Source of the DNA: an uncultured bacterium
GTDB lineage: Bacteria; CSSED10-310; CAZUFC01
Direction: 5' to 3'
Length of the DNA stretch: 45,355 nt
NCBI GenBank assembly: GCA_964619725.1
Contig: CAZUFC010000041.1
Coordinates: forward strand, 1 to 45,355
Shown: in pieces, positions 24,684 through 34,469 of the stretch
Layout of the letters: every line of letters begins with the position of its first letter
How positions within the stretch are numbered: the stretch's first letter is position 1
The notes under the pieces: model-generated
Told to the model about the DNA's origin: nothing
The model's database searches: none
Seen by the model: only the letters and a program-made list of their open reading frames with translations
Position numbers and translations under genes: made by a program

Positions 24684-25385
24684 GTGAAGCCTTTCAAATA
24701 CATCGATCCCACGAGTCCTTCACGGATGCGTCGAATTATGTGGTGGCTGCGGGAGCCCTTTTTTTATATATTCTGGTATTTGCCGGGTTATTTGCTTTGT
24801 TTGGCTGCATTTCGGATTCTTAACCGGACCAAGGTCATAGGCAGGCAAAATTTGCCGGATTCAAAGGGAATGTTGTTGATGAGTAATCACCTCTCAAGTC
24901 TTGATTCATGGTTTATAGGGCACGTTTTTTTCCCCAGGCCGCTATGGTTCCCGGCAAAAAGCGAACTTTTTGAGAATAGGATCATGGCCGTTATCCTCGC
25001 TTGCTGGCGAGCCTTCCCGGTTCGACGGGGAAAGAGAGATAAAGAGGGGATGAAAAGAATATTGAAAATGGCGCGACGCTTTATTGTTTGCCTGCATCCC
25101 ACAGGAACCCGCAGCCGGGACGGAAAAATCGGAAAAGGAAAACCGGGTGCGGGAAAAATCGCCAGGGACGCCGAAGCTCCTGTGATACCGGTTTATATTG
25201 AGGGGATGGATGAGGTTATGCCGGTCGGCGCCGGGTTTCCCCGCTTTGGTAAAAAATTAAAAATAAGATTAGGTCGACCCGTCGACTTGACTCCTTACAG
25301 AAAAATGACCGACTCTAAGGAAACGAGTCTTCTTATAATCGAGCATATAATTAATGAAATTCTCAAATTACAAAAGGAAAGCTGA
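24684..25385 (+). CDS. plsC: Lysophospholipid acyltransferase (PlsC family)
   Basis: NHLSSLD (HX4D), AKSELF, FPVRRG, HPTGTRS, VIPVYI. Confidence 0.85.
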   Translation: MKPFKYIDPTSPSRMRRIMWWLREPFFYIFWYLPGYLLCLAAFRILNRTKVIGRQNLPDSKGMLLMSNHLSSLDSWFIGHVFFPRPLWFPAKSELFENRIMAVILACWRAFPVRRGKRDKEGMKRILKMARRFIVCLHPTGTRSRDGKIGKGKPGAGKIARDAEAPVIPVYIEGMDEVMPVGAGFPRFGKKLKIRLGRPVDLTPYRKMTDSKETSLLIIEHIINEILKLQKES

Positions 25386-25390
25386 TCATC

Positions 25391-26659
25391 ATGAAAAAAC
25401 AGAATTGTCAAAACTCCAATGATACTCGTGTTGTAATAACAGGCATGGGAGCGGTTACGCCGATCGGTATTGATTTGAATGATTTTTGGAGTAATGCCGT
25501 TAAGGGAACTAATGGGATTTCGCATATTCAAGCCTTTGACTGTGAAGGCTTTTCAAGTCAAATCGCAGCCGAAGTCAGAGAACTGGATATCGAAAGCCAT
25601 ATCGCTCGCGGGGAAATGAAAAAGATGGACCGCTTTTCGCAATTTGCGATAATCGCTTCACGCGAAGCTGTGAAGAACTCCGGCTTATCAATTGACCACA
25701 GCAATTCCGATCGGGTGGGCGTCTTTGTCGGTTCCGGCGTTGGAGGATTGCATTCTATTGAAACGGAGCATGAAAAATTGAAGTCGCGAGGACCCAGAAG
25801 AGTAAGTCCCTTTCTAGTACCGAAAATGATAATAAATCTGGCTTCAGGCAATGTCAGCATCGATCTGGGAGCTCGAGGACCTAACTGTTCAATGGTGACG
25901 GCATGCGCTAGCTCCCTTCATTGCATCGGCGAGGCCTATTGGATGATTCGAAGGGGGGATGCCGACGCTATGATTGCCGGCGGAGCTGAGGCTGGAGTCA
26001 CCCCCTTATGCCTGGCGGCTTTTGCTGCTATGCGTGCCTTATCGACCAGAAACGACGAGCCTGAAACGGCTTCGAGACCTTTTGATCGCTACAGAGATGG
26101 TTTCGTGATCGGTGAGGGTGCAGGAATCGTAGTCCTGGAATCCCTCGAAAGCGCCATGAAAAGAAACGCTGAAATTCTCGCAGAAATAAAAGGTTATGGA
26201 TTGTCCGGTGATGCTCATCACATCTCCAGCCCTCCTGAAAGCGGAGAAGGAGCAGCCAGAAGCATGAGCATCGCACTGGAAAGAGCACTGCTTGACCCGG
26301 CTGAAATCGATCTCATAAGCGCTCACGGTACATCAACGCCTCTTAACGACAAGGTGGAAACCAGGGCTATAAAAAAAGTCTTCGGCCCTCACGCCAAAAA
26401 TTTGCATATAAACTCTACAAAATCAATGATCGGACACTTGTTGGGCGCTGCGGGAGGCGTGGAATTGATCACTTGCGTTCAGAGCATCAGAAACAACGTC
26501 ATTCATCCAACCATCAACTTACAGAATCCTGATCCGGAATGCGACCTCAACTATACGCCTCACTCTTCTGTCCAGAAAAACATTACCAATGTCGCATGCA
26601 ATTCCTTCGGGTTTGGCGGCACAAATGCATGCATGATTGTCGGACAATTTGATAATTGA
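25391..26659 (+). CDS. fabF: 3-oxoacyl-ACP synthase II
   Basis: RVVITGMG, TACAS, SRPFD, AHGTSTP, STKSMIGHLLGAAG, NSFGFGGTN. Confidence 0.97.
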   Translation: MKKQNCQNSNDTRVVITGMGAVTPIGIDLNDFWSNAVKGTNGISHIQAFDCEGFSSQIAAEVRELDIESHIARGEMKKMDRFSQFAIIASREAVKNSGLSIDHSNSDRVGVFVGSGVGGLHSIETEHEKLKSRGPRRVSPFLVPKMIINLASGNVSIDLGARGPNCSMVTACASSLHCIGEAYWMIRRGDADAMIAGGAEAGVTPLCLAAFAAMRALSTRNDEPETASRPFDRYRDGFVIGEGAGIVVLESLESAMKRNAEILAEIKGYGLSGDAHHISSPPESGEGAARSMSIALERALLDPAEIDLISAHGTSTPLNDKVETRAIKKVFGPHAKNLHINSTKSMIGHLLGAAGGVELITCVQSIRNNVIHPTINLQNPDPECDLNYTPHSSVQKNITNVACNSFGFGGTNACMIVGQFDN

Positions 26660-26716
26660 GGCTTGTGATAGTGAGTTCAGGTTCAGCGTCCCCGAATCAG
26701 AAATTGGAGACGAAAA

Positions 26717-27718
26717 TTGAACTATGACCTTGAACAGTATCTGGAATCCTGTTTGAGTAAGGCCGAAGACCTGATGGCCGAAGAACGCTGGGAAGAAGCC
26801 ATAAATAACGTCGATATCGTTTTAAAAGAGAATCACGCTAATCAGAGAGCGAAGGAATTGCATGAAATATTAAGCAATATTGTGCAGAGAGGAGAAGAAT
26901 TTCGTTACCTGGTCAGAACTGCAGAATTTCTCCAATTGAAAAATAGAACGAAAGATGCCTTGAAATTCTGGGAAAAAGCTCTCTTGCTTAAACCGGACGA
27001 TGACAGAGCCCTGGCATTCATTAAAAAATGCCGGGAATCGATTGAAACGCAAGAAAACTTGACTAATCTCAAAAAAGAGGCTGAAAAGTGCCTGGAAAAC
27101 GGCGATTTTAACCAAACCCACAACTTGCTGGATCAACTGGAAGAGCTCAACGCTGATAAATCCTTCATTGCATGGCTCAGAACGGAAGCTGAAAGACGCG
27201 AAAGATGGAAGAGAAGAGTTGACGGCATTATTATCAGAGGAAAAGAGGCTCATCAGAGAGGCGATTTGAATGCGGCGCTCGTACTGTTGGAGCATGCCGC
27301 AGAAGTTGATGAAACACAGAATGAGGAAATAACGGATTTGATTAATCTCATACGAAAAGAGATCGAAACGCAGAAAATGGAAGATGCGTTCAACAAACGA
27401 TATAAAATGATTGAACATCTGCATGCCGTCGGAAGATTTCAGGAGTCCTGGGAAGAAGCTGAAAAATTACTTACTGAATTCCCCGAAAAAACCGAATTGA
27501 GGATACTCGCAAGAAAAGCCCTCAATTCCCTGGAATCGCAAACAAGCGCCGATGACCTCCTTCAAAAAGCTGAACAATGTTTTAACGAAGGAAATTACGA
27601 AAAAGCCGCCTCCATCTGGGAATCCGTTAATATGCTCTTCCCGGAAAAAGGCGAACTCAAAAGGCTTATAGAAAAAGCACGTATTTTGGCTCAACGTCTG
27701 ACGGATGACTCTTTTTGA
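26717..27718 (+). CDS. TPR-repeat protein
   Basis: All-helical repeats such as ALKFWEKALLLKPDD and GNYEKAASIWESV; GGAG RBS with TTG start. Confidence 0.8.
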   Translation: MNYDLEQYLESCLSKAEDLMAEERWEEAINNVDIVLKENHANQRAKELHEILSNIVQRGEEFRYLVRTAEFLQLKNRTKDALKFWEKALLLKPDDDRALAFIKKCRESIETQENLTNLKKEAEKCLENGDFNQTHNLLDQLEELNADKSFIAWLRTEAERRERWKRRVDGIIIRGKEAHQRGDLNAALVLLEHAAEVDETQNEEITDLINLIRKEIETQKMEDAFNKRYKMIEHLHAVGRFQESWEEAEKLLTEFPEKTELRILARKALNSLESQTSADDLLQKAEQCFNEGNYEKAASIWESVNMLFPEKGELKRLIEKARILAQRLTDDSF

Positions 27719-27804
27719 ACTGCCGCTTATTCATCGCCGCTCGGGGAAAATCGCTTTGCCTATTGCTTTATTCGCTGTTTTTCGAATTTTTAACCAAGTT
27801 TGGC

Positions 27805-27832
27805 TTGACAATAAATTATACCATGCTAACAT
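27805..27832 (+). promoter_or_regulatory. sigma70 promoter for khpA
   Basis: TTGACA-16 nt-TAACAT with an extended -10 TG. Confidence 0.6.
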
Positions 27833-27881
27833 TGATACAACCTACAACCCTGATAACTTGTAGTTGGGAGGTGTGTTGAGC

Positions 27882-28115
27882 TTGCTGAGAGAATTGGTTG
27901 AAGAAATAGTCAAGGCCGTAGTCGATAATCCGGACGAAGTTCAAGTTAACGAAATCACCGGCGAACAAACTATCGTCGTTGAATTGCGCGTCGCACAGAG
28001 CGACATGGGCAAGGTGATCGGCAAACAGGGAAGAACCGCCAAAGCAATTCGGACGATTTTGAGCGCCGCCGGCATGAAAATCGGGAGACGTTACGAACTG
28101 GAGATTATAGAGTAA
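27882..28115 (+). CDS. khpA: KH-domain RNA-binding protein KhpA (YlqC)
   Basis: [42 protein letters not shown] start, exact position uncertain (27876 or 27882). Confidence 0.93.
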   Translation: MLRELVEEIVKAVVDNPDEVQVNEITGEQTIVVELRVAQSDMGKVIGKQGRTAKAIRTILSAAGMKIGRRYELEIIE

Positions 28116-28463
28116 TTTCCGATTTGTCCTGTCTGATTGAGTTTCTTGTAATTCCGTGAAGTGCGCTAATTTCTTATCAAAATGCTTCCGCTTGTCCTCA
28201 TTGTTTAAAATATCAGGGAATCGGAGCAACGCCAGAGTCTGTAATGCTTGTGGACGGCTGTGCACAGAGGAGTGGTGGAGAGCGAGATACGCTGTAATAA
28301 AAAACTAAAATTTTTGTTTTTTTTGTTTAATGAACTCAGTAGAACAAAAAGAATCCCCCAAATGATTGAGTTTGTAGTATTTTTGTGATTGAATTCATTA
28401 TGCGGCGGCGTGGGCGGGGCATGAAATAAACTGGGAAGAATTGCAATAGAAGGAAAAAAATTT

Positions 28464-28491
28464 TTGACATTTGAGGAAAGTGAGTTATAAT
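28464..28491 (+). promoter_or_regulatory. Consensus sigma70 promoter
   Basis: TTGACA-16 nt-TATAAT with an A-rich upstream element. Confidence 0.8.
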
Positions 28492-28558
28492 GATATTGGA
28501 GAAAAGCACCGAAGGGTTGAAATTTCAGAGTGGGAAAAATATAAGGAGGTTGACGCCA

Positions 28559-29128
28559 ATGAACAGTCTGACATACATCCTGATCCTTACGGTTATTCTC
28601 GTCCCGTGTTTGTTTTCCGGCATGGCGCATGCCGGAGAGAATCCGGCTTATGCGAGCGAGCGGTTGGATGGTACGAGCATGGAGATGAGAGACGAGTTGC
28701 CCCCGAGTCTTCTTTATGATGAGATGGAATATGATTGGTTTGCGGAGAAGATGCGCTATCTTTCTGAAGGAGCGAGCATCGGAGATACGGGCAGCCAGGC
28801 GCCTTTTATCATGTTGGCGGGATATTACGATACTGATGTGACATATGTCGATGGCGGGAATTTAAAAATAATCGCCTATGTAATGGACCCTGACGGTCCT
28901 GAAGACATCGCGTCGGTGGAGTTGTATTACGAAACGATACCGACTGGAGTATACCTGTTGGATAACGGGGCCAGCGGTGATTTTGGCGCGAACGATCAAA
29001 TTTACGGATGGCAAGCGAATTTAGACCCCTATTCTTTGCCTGCGGGACAATATCGATTAGAATTGATTGCGCGGGATTATGCGGGGAATGAGAGCGATTT
29101 ATGGCCGTATTTGACTGTACATCCGTAA
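28559..29128 (+). CDS. Secreted acidic Ig-like single-domain protein with a D-x-G-x-x-G-D motif (choice-of-anchor X-like)
   Basis: AAGGAGGT RBS, signal peptide (AHA-G), DPDGPEDIASV, LLDNGASGDFGANDQIY, ARDYAGNES. Confidence 0.75.
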   Translation: MNSLTYILILTVILVPCLFSGMAHAGENPAYASERLDGTSMEMRDELPPSLLYDEMEYDWFAEKMRYLSEGASIGDTGSQAPFIMLAGYYDTDVTYVDGGNLKIIAYVMDPDGPEDIASVELYYETIPTGVYLLDNGASGDFGANDQIYGWQANLDPYSLPAGQYRLELIARDYAGNESDLWPYLTVHP

Positions 29129-29145
29129 TTTAAACAACTCAGGAT

Positions 29146-29187
29146 AAAAAACGGGGAAGTCTTTTTTTAAGGCTTCCCTGTTTTTTT
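29146..29187 (+). terminator. Rho-independent (probably bidirectional) terminator
   Basis: AAAAAACGGGGAAGTC-loop-GGCTTCCCTGTTTTTTT. Confidence 0.85.
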
Positions 29188-29258
29188 ATGCCGGACTTTT
29201 TTGGGATTATCCGGTGCGGGTGACTTTGAAAGGGCGGAACAGTCAGGGCGTTTTCGAT

Positions 29259-29690
29259 TCAGGGAGAATCTGAGTCTTGGGAGACGAATTTTATTTTGTT
29301 GATGCCTTCGAGTTGAATACGAAACTGTCCGAAGGATGTTTCACCGAACATGACGGCATAGGAGTCAGCGGTAGCGTTCATTTTTTCGCCGTTATTGAGT
29401 GTGACGACGGTATTGATTCTGTCATTTTGGATATCGGCGAAATCGATAGTTTGGATTTTATCGAAAGGGATGAAGAATGTGCTGTCGCCGCGTTCCAGGG
29501 AGAAGTAAGTATTTCCTTCAACGGAGATTTTATCGGCGCTGGTCGTGAAGCCGTGTCTATCGGTTATGCGAGCCTGGAAAATTTTATCCGGATCGGGAAA
29601 ATCTGAGGCATCTCTTGAAGTCATGGAAAGGGCGGAGAGGCAGCAGACTGTTGACGTCATCAGAAGCGCAAAGAGAAAACATTTTTTCAT
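29259..29690 (-). CDS. Small exported hypothetical protein (two similar beta-rich halves)
   Basis: GGAGGT RBS, MKK plus hydrophobic N-terminus; IPFDKIQTIDF / IQLEGINKIKF internal repeat. Confidence 0.75.
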   Translation of the reverse strand: MKKCFLFALLMTSTVCCLSALSMTSRDASDFPDPDKIFQARITDRHGFTTSADKISVEGNTYFSLERGDSTFFIPFDKIQTIDFADIQNDRINTVVTLNNGEKMNATADSYAVMFGETSFGQFRIQLEGINKIKFVSQDSDSP

Positions 29691-29936
29691 CCGAACCTCC
29701 AGTCGATAGGCCGATGGGCATCTTGCGAACAGGAGACATTAAACATTATAACGACAAATATTTCAAGTTGGAAATCGCGGTCTGGGCGAGTGAAACGAAA
29801 AAACACGGTGGAAAGTGAAAAAAACGGCAGATTTTTGGGAGGAGCGGCAAACGAGCGGAAAACAGGAATTGATTTAAAAGTTAAGAGAGGATAAATTGAG
29901 ACAGGCGAGCGAAGGAAGAATCCACAGGGAACAAAA

Positions 29937-30920
29937 ATGGAAGTATTAAGCAATTTTGAATCACTGAACAGGAATTATAGCGGATCATTTTTAAGCATGG
30001 GAAATTTTGACGGGGTTCACAAAGGTCATAAATTGCTTTTAGGCAGAATACGAGAAGCTGCGAGGAATACGGGAGAGAAGTCGGTAGTCTTGACGTTTCA
30101 TCCTCATCCATCGACGATTATAGATGAGAGGAGTTCTGCCCGGAAGATAACGACGATTTCGGAGCGTTTGTATTTATTTGCCCTGGAAGGGATTGACGTA
30201 GCGGTGGTGATAAATTTTACGAAGGCGATAGCGGAGACGGCTCCGGAAGATTTTTTAAACCGGCTTTTCGAGGGTGGTTTTAAGCCCCGGAGAGTGGTAG
30301 TGGGATATGATTTCAGATTCGGAAAGGACAGGAGGGGAGGAACGGGATTATTAAAGGCGATGGCGGATCATTATGGATATGAGGTAGAGGAGGTTTCGGC
30401 GTATTATGAGAAAGATGCGGTCATCAGCAGTACGCGAATAAGGGAATTGATCCGGCGAGGAGAGTTGGAGGAGGCAGCGAATTTAATGGGACATCCTTTC
30501 ATGCTGATAGGGGAAGTGATATCCGGGGACGGTCGAGGGAGAGAAATGGGGTATCCGACGGCCAATATAGCGCCCGGGGTGAGGTTATTGCCTCCGGACG
30601 GCGTCTATGCATTAAGAATTCTGGTAAACGACCGGGTTTTCAGGGCTGCGGGGTATATCGGAACACGGCCTACCTTCGGCGAAAGCGAAAAGCGATTGGA
30701 ATTTCATTTGATCGATTATAAGGGAGCTGCGTTGTATGGCAGTTATGCACGCGTGGAATTTTTGAGGTACATAAGGCCCGATGTGAAATTCACGTCGTCT
30801 GCGAGGTTGGCCGAGCAGATTGAAAAAGATATAGAGGAAATCAGGCATTTGGGGAATGGTTATGAAGGAATGAGCATTTCGTTGGAGCCGGGACGATTTG
30901 AAAAGGCGGTTTTTTTATGA
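29937..30920 (+). CDS. ribF: Bifunctional riboflavin kinase / FAD synthetase
   Basis: GNFDGVHKGH, TFHPHP, VGYDFRFG, ISSTRIR, GYPTAN, GTRPTF. Confidence 0.97.
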   Translation: MEVLSNFESLNRNYSGSFLSMGNFDGVHKGHKLLLGRIREAARNTGEKSVVLTFHPHPSTIIDERSSARKITTISERLYLFALEGIDVAVVINFTKAIAETAPEDFLNRLFEGGFKPRRVVVGYDFRFGKDRRGGTGLLKAMADHYGYEVEEVSAYYEKDAVISSTRIRELIRRGELEEAANLMGHPFMLIGEVISGDGRGREMGYPTANIAPGVRLLPPDGVYALRILVNDRVFRAAGYIGTRPTFGESEKRLEFHLIDYKGAALYGSYARVEFLRYIRPDVKFTSSARLAEQIEKDIEEIRHLGNGYEGMSISLEPGRFEKAVFL

Positions 30921-30951
30921 TATTAGACTGAATTCAGCAAGGAGCGAGAAT

Positions 30952-31452
30952 ATGCGATGTCCGTTTTGCGGTCGCCTGGAGAGCAGAGTAATTGATTCAA
31001 GGTTAGTAAAAAACGGTTGGAGCATCCGGAGAAGGCGGCAATGTTCTTCATGTGATAAGCGTTATACGACCTACGAAAAGGTGGAAAGCATTCCTTACAG
31101 GGTAGTCAAGAAGGACGGAAGCCGGGAGCCGTACGTCAGAGAAAAGATAATGCAGGGACTTCTGAAAGCCTGTCAAAAGCGGCCGATAAGGACGGAGCAA
31201 TTAGAGAATATCATTGAAGAGATTGAGACGAAGCTTTTTTCTCGCAGCAGCAGGGAGATTGCATCGGATGAAATCGGCGCTATCATCCTGGAAAGGCTAA
31301 ACGGTTTTGACGATGTTGCTTATTTGCGATTTGCATCAGTTTATCAAAGGTTTGAAGGCATCGAGCATTTCGAGAAAGAACTCAGAAAACTCAAAAAGAA
31401 AATGCGGTCCGGCGAGAGAGATTCAGATCAGGTAAAAAGATTTGATAGGTAG
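30952..31452 (+). CDS. nrdR: Transcriptional repressor NrdR
   Basis: MRCPFC, VIDSR, IRRRRQC..C, ATP cone VVKKDGSRE, VAYLRFASVY. Confidence 0.97.
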   Translation: MRCPFCGRLESRVIDSRLVKNGWSIRRRRQCSSCDKRYTTYEKVESIPYRVVKKDGSREPYVREKIMQGLLKACQKRPIRTEQLENIIEEIETKLFSRSSREIASDEIGAIILERLNGFDDVAYLRFASVYQRFEGIEHFEKELRKLKKKMRSGERDSDQVKRFDR

Positions 31453-31510
31453 TTGTATGCGGGCATTTATCCGTTTAAAGCTATGGCGAGTGAAAGCAGA
31501 CTTTTTGTTC

Positions 31511-31539
31511 TTGAAATGGGGGTTTCGTTTTTCTATAAT
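31511..31539 (+). promoter_or_regulatory. Putative sigma70 promoter for the phosphatase-gat genes
   Basis: TTGAAA-17 nt-TATAAT. Confidence 0.6.
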
Positions 31540-31636
31540 CGCGGGTGGTCAGCGATAATGCGCAGGAGCGGATTGATATTGGATGTTGCATCTCGAATGA
31601 AAGCAAGAAATAAAGAAAAAAACGGGATAATGTGTA

Positions 31637-32533
31637 ATGAAGGTTGCTGCAATCTCTGATATTGGGTTGAAGCGGAACATCAATCAGGATGCATACTTTT
31701 GCGATGAAACTCATAATATGTTCATCGTAGCTGACGGTATGGGCGGGCACAAGGCAGGCGAATTAGCCAGCCGTCTTGCGGTTGACGAGATAAAGGGTTA
31801 TTTGTTGGGTGAAGAAGGAGAGGATAAGACGCCGACTGATACGGAGATTGACGTTATTGATCAGGTCAAGAAAGGGATCAAGCTTGCAGTCCACACGGCA
31901 AACCGGAAAATATACGCCCTGGCGCGGGAGAACCCGGAATATCACGGCATGGGAACGACCGTGGTCATTTGTCAGCTTATGAATGATAAAGCCGTTTGCG
32001 CTCATGTCGGGGACAGTCGCATTTATTTGCTGAGAAACGGCTCATTGATGCAGATCACCAAGGATCATTCGCGTGTTCAGGAACTGATCGATATGGAGAA
32101 ACTGACGGAGGAGGAAGCCGAGAAATATCCGATGAAAAATGTCATCACAAGGGCTTTGGGAGGAGATGCTGAGGTTGAAGTTGACATTACGACCTTGGAC
32201 ATAGAATCATCGGACGTGATGCTGTTGTGCAGCGATGGATTGACATCTGTGGTGCCTTTGGAAGAGATACAGAAAATAATCATGCATCATGCAGGAAACC
32301 CCGTGATTGCATGCAAGGACTTGATAAGAGCGACTCATGCTAAAGGTGCGCCCGACAATACCACGATCGTTCTTCTTCAAGGCGTCGATTTCGGCAAAGA
32401 TAAGAATCTGAATATGCCCGCCAGTGAAGAGTTAAAGAACTTCCAATTATATCCTGAAAACAACGCCGAAAAGACCGAAATAAAAAAAAGCTTCTGGAGC
32501 GCTTTGCTTCATAAGTTGGGAATCGGCGATTAG
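31637..32533 (+). CDS. PP2C-type Ser/Thr phosphatase (Stp1/PrpC family)
   Basis: RNINQD, VADGMGGHKAGE, GMGTT, HVGDSR, LLCSDGL, DNTT. Confidence 0.95.
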   Translation: MKVAAISDIGLKRNINQDAYFCDETHNMFIVADGMGGHKAGELASRLAVDEIKGYLLGEEGEDKTPTDTEIDVIDQVKKGIKLAVHTANRKIYALARENPEYHGMGTTVVICQLMNDKAVCAHVGDSRIYLLRNGSLMQITKDHSRVQELIDMEKLTEEEAEKYPMKNVITRALGGDAEVEVDITTLDIESSDVMLLCSDGLTSVVPLEEIQKIIMHHAGNPVIACKDLIRATHAKGAPDNTTIVLLQGVDFGKDKNLNMPASEELKNFQLYPENNAEKTEIKKSFWSALLHKLGIGD

Positions 32534-32636
32534 AGACTCTGCGTTTTTTCTTTTACTCTGACCTTTTAAAAGAATACATACGGAACATTTAAACATTTAT
32601 TGCAAAACGAGCGCAGTTTATTAAGGCTGATTTCAA

Positions 32637-32671
32637 TGGAGGGAGCATTCATTTTGGAGGGAGCATTCATT
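32637..32671 (+). repeat. Exact 17-bp tandem duplication of the gatC ribosome-binding region
   Basis: TGGAGGGAGCATTCATT at 32637-32653 and 32655-32671. Confidence 0.9.
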
Positions 32672-32963
32672 GAGAATTGACGAGCTTATGATCGAGCACA
32701 TTGCAGCATTGAGCTGTATAAAGTTATCGAAGGAAGAGACGGAGGAATTCACGAGGGATATTAACGGTATAATCCAATACATGGAATTATTGGATGAGTT
32801 GGATTTGGAGCGGATGGAGCCGGAGCTGGAAAGTAGTGCAATTCGGAACGTATTTCGCTCTGATGAGAAACGAAAGTCATTGGAAGTTGAAGAAATAATG
32901 ATGAATGCTCCTGATCGGAAAGGAGATTTCTTCCGTATAAGGAGAGTTCGTCGGCAGCGTTAG
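32670..32963 (+). CDS. gatC: Asp/Glu-tRNA amidotransferase subunit C
   Basis: IEHIAALSCIKL, NVFRSD, NAPD; size and position before gatA. Confidence 0.9.
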   Translation: MRIDELMIEHIAALSCIKLSKEETEEFTRDINGIIQYMELLDELDLERMEPELESSAIRNVFRSDEKRKSLEVEEIMMNAPDRKGDFFRIRRVRRQR

Positions 32964-32966
32964 CAA

Positions 32967-34469
32967 ATGAAGCAAGGATCAGGAGGAACGTTTACCGGCG
33001 TAGCGAAGAAACAGATGAGGGATGATAGAGAATACAGCGGAGAGGGCATAGGACAGACGATTGTGAAGTTTCGTGAGGGACATCTGAGGCCAACGGAATT
33101 ATTAAACGACTGTTTGAAAAGGATTGAATCGCTGAACGAGGAATTGAACGCAGTGGTTGAAATCAAAGTAGAGGAAGCTTTCCGAGCTGCCGAAAAGGCT
33201 GATAAGAAGTGGAAAAGCGGAAAGACTGAGAGGAAATCGCTGCTCGGCATCCCGCTTCTCGTCAAGGATACGATAAACATAAAAGGTTTCAGAACAACTT
33301 GCTGTTCGGAAATTTTAAAAAACTATATTTCTCCTTATGATGCGACATGCGTGGAACGTTTAAAGGGAGCCGGAGCGATTATACTGGGAAAGACCAATTG
33401 CGACGAATTCGGTATGGGATCGTCCAATGAATTTTCATATTACGGTCCCGTAAAGAATCCGGTGAATTGGGATTATGTGGCCGGCGGCTCCAGCGGCGGT
33501 TCGGCGGCATCAGTTGCGGCAGGATTCGTCCCGGCAGCTCTGGGAACCGACACCGGCGGGTCGATCAGGTTACCGGCATCATTTTGCGGAGTTACAGGAG
33601 TAAAACCGACGTATGGGAGGGTTTCCCGGTACGGATTAACGGCGTACGCTTCATCCCTGGACCAGATCGGCCCACTGGCAGGAAACGTGGAAGATTGCGC
33701 CAGAATATTAAACGTCATTGCAGGTCCAGACGTACGGGACTCTACGTCATACAGGGGGTCCATGCCCGATCTTTTAGAGAAGAGCGGTACCGGCGAGTCG
33801 AAAGTTATTATCGGCCGGCCGATTGAATTTTTTCAGAATGAAACGGATGATGAGGTCAAAAAATCGATAGAGAAGGCTTTAGATATGGCGGGTGAAAATA
33901 ATTTCGCGTTGAAGGAGATGAGATTTCCTATGCTGAAGTACGCTCTGGCGGCTTATTACATCATTGCGTCGGCTGAAGCCAGTTCGAATTTATCCAGGTT
34001 TGACGGCATCAGATACGGATTACGTGCGGAAAATTTTAAGGATTCAGAGAATTTATACAAGGAGTCCCGTACGAAAGGATTCGGCAAGGAGGTAAAGAGA
34101 CGAATCATGCTCGGGACTTTCGCGTTAAGCGCCGGGTATTATGAGGCTTATTATCTAAAGGCGTTAAAAGTAAGAGAACTGATTTTTAAAAGTTTCATGG
34201 AATTATTGAGAAAATGCGACGTTATTGCAGCCCCCGTATCACCTGGTCCTGCTTTCCGGTTCGGTGAAAAAACGGACGATCCTGTAAGGATGTACCTGTC
34301 CGACGCATTCACTTCTCCTGTGAATTTGGCCGGTCTGCCGGCAGTTTCGCTGCCCGGTCCGCGTACCGCAAAGGGGCTGCCCATCGGCATTCAACTCATT
34401 GGACGGCCATTTGAAGAAGATAAGCTGTTAAGAATCGCCGGTCGTTTTGAAAGAAGCATTGAAGAATGA
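32967..34469 (+). CDS. gatA: Asp/Glu-tRNA amidotransferase subunit A
   Basis: Amidase signature [47 protein letters not shown]. Confidence 0.97.
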   Translation: MKQGSGGTFTGVAKKQMRDDREYSGEGIGQTIVKFREGHLRPTELLNDCLKRIESLNEELNAVVEIKVEEAFRAAEKADKKWKSGKTERKSLLGIPLLVKDTINIKGFRTTCCSEILKNYISPYDATCVERLKGAGAIILGKTNCDEFGMGSSNEFSYYGPVKNPVNWDYVAGGSSGGSAASVAAGFVPAALGTDTGGSIRLPASFCGVTGVKPTYGRVSRYGLTAYASSLDQIGPLAGNVEDCARILNVIAGPDVRDSTSYRGSMPDLLEKSGTGESKVIIGRPIEFFQNETDDEVKKSIEKALDMAGENNFALKEMRFPMLKYALAAYYIIASAEASSNLSRFDGIRYGLRAENFKDSENLYKESRTKGFGKEVKRRIMLGTFALSAGYYEAYYLKALKVRELIFKSFMELLRKCDVIAAPVSPGPAFRFGEKTDDPVRMYLSDAFTSPVNLAGLPAVSLPGPRTAKGLPIGIQLIGRPFEEDKLLRIAGRFERSIEE

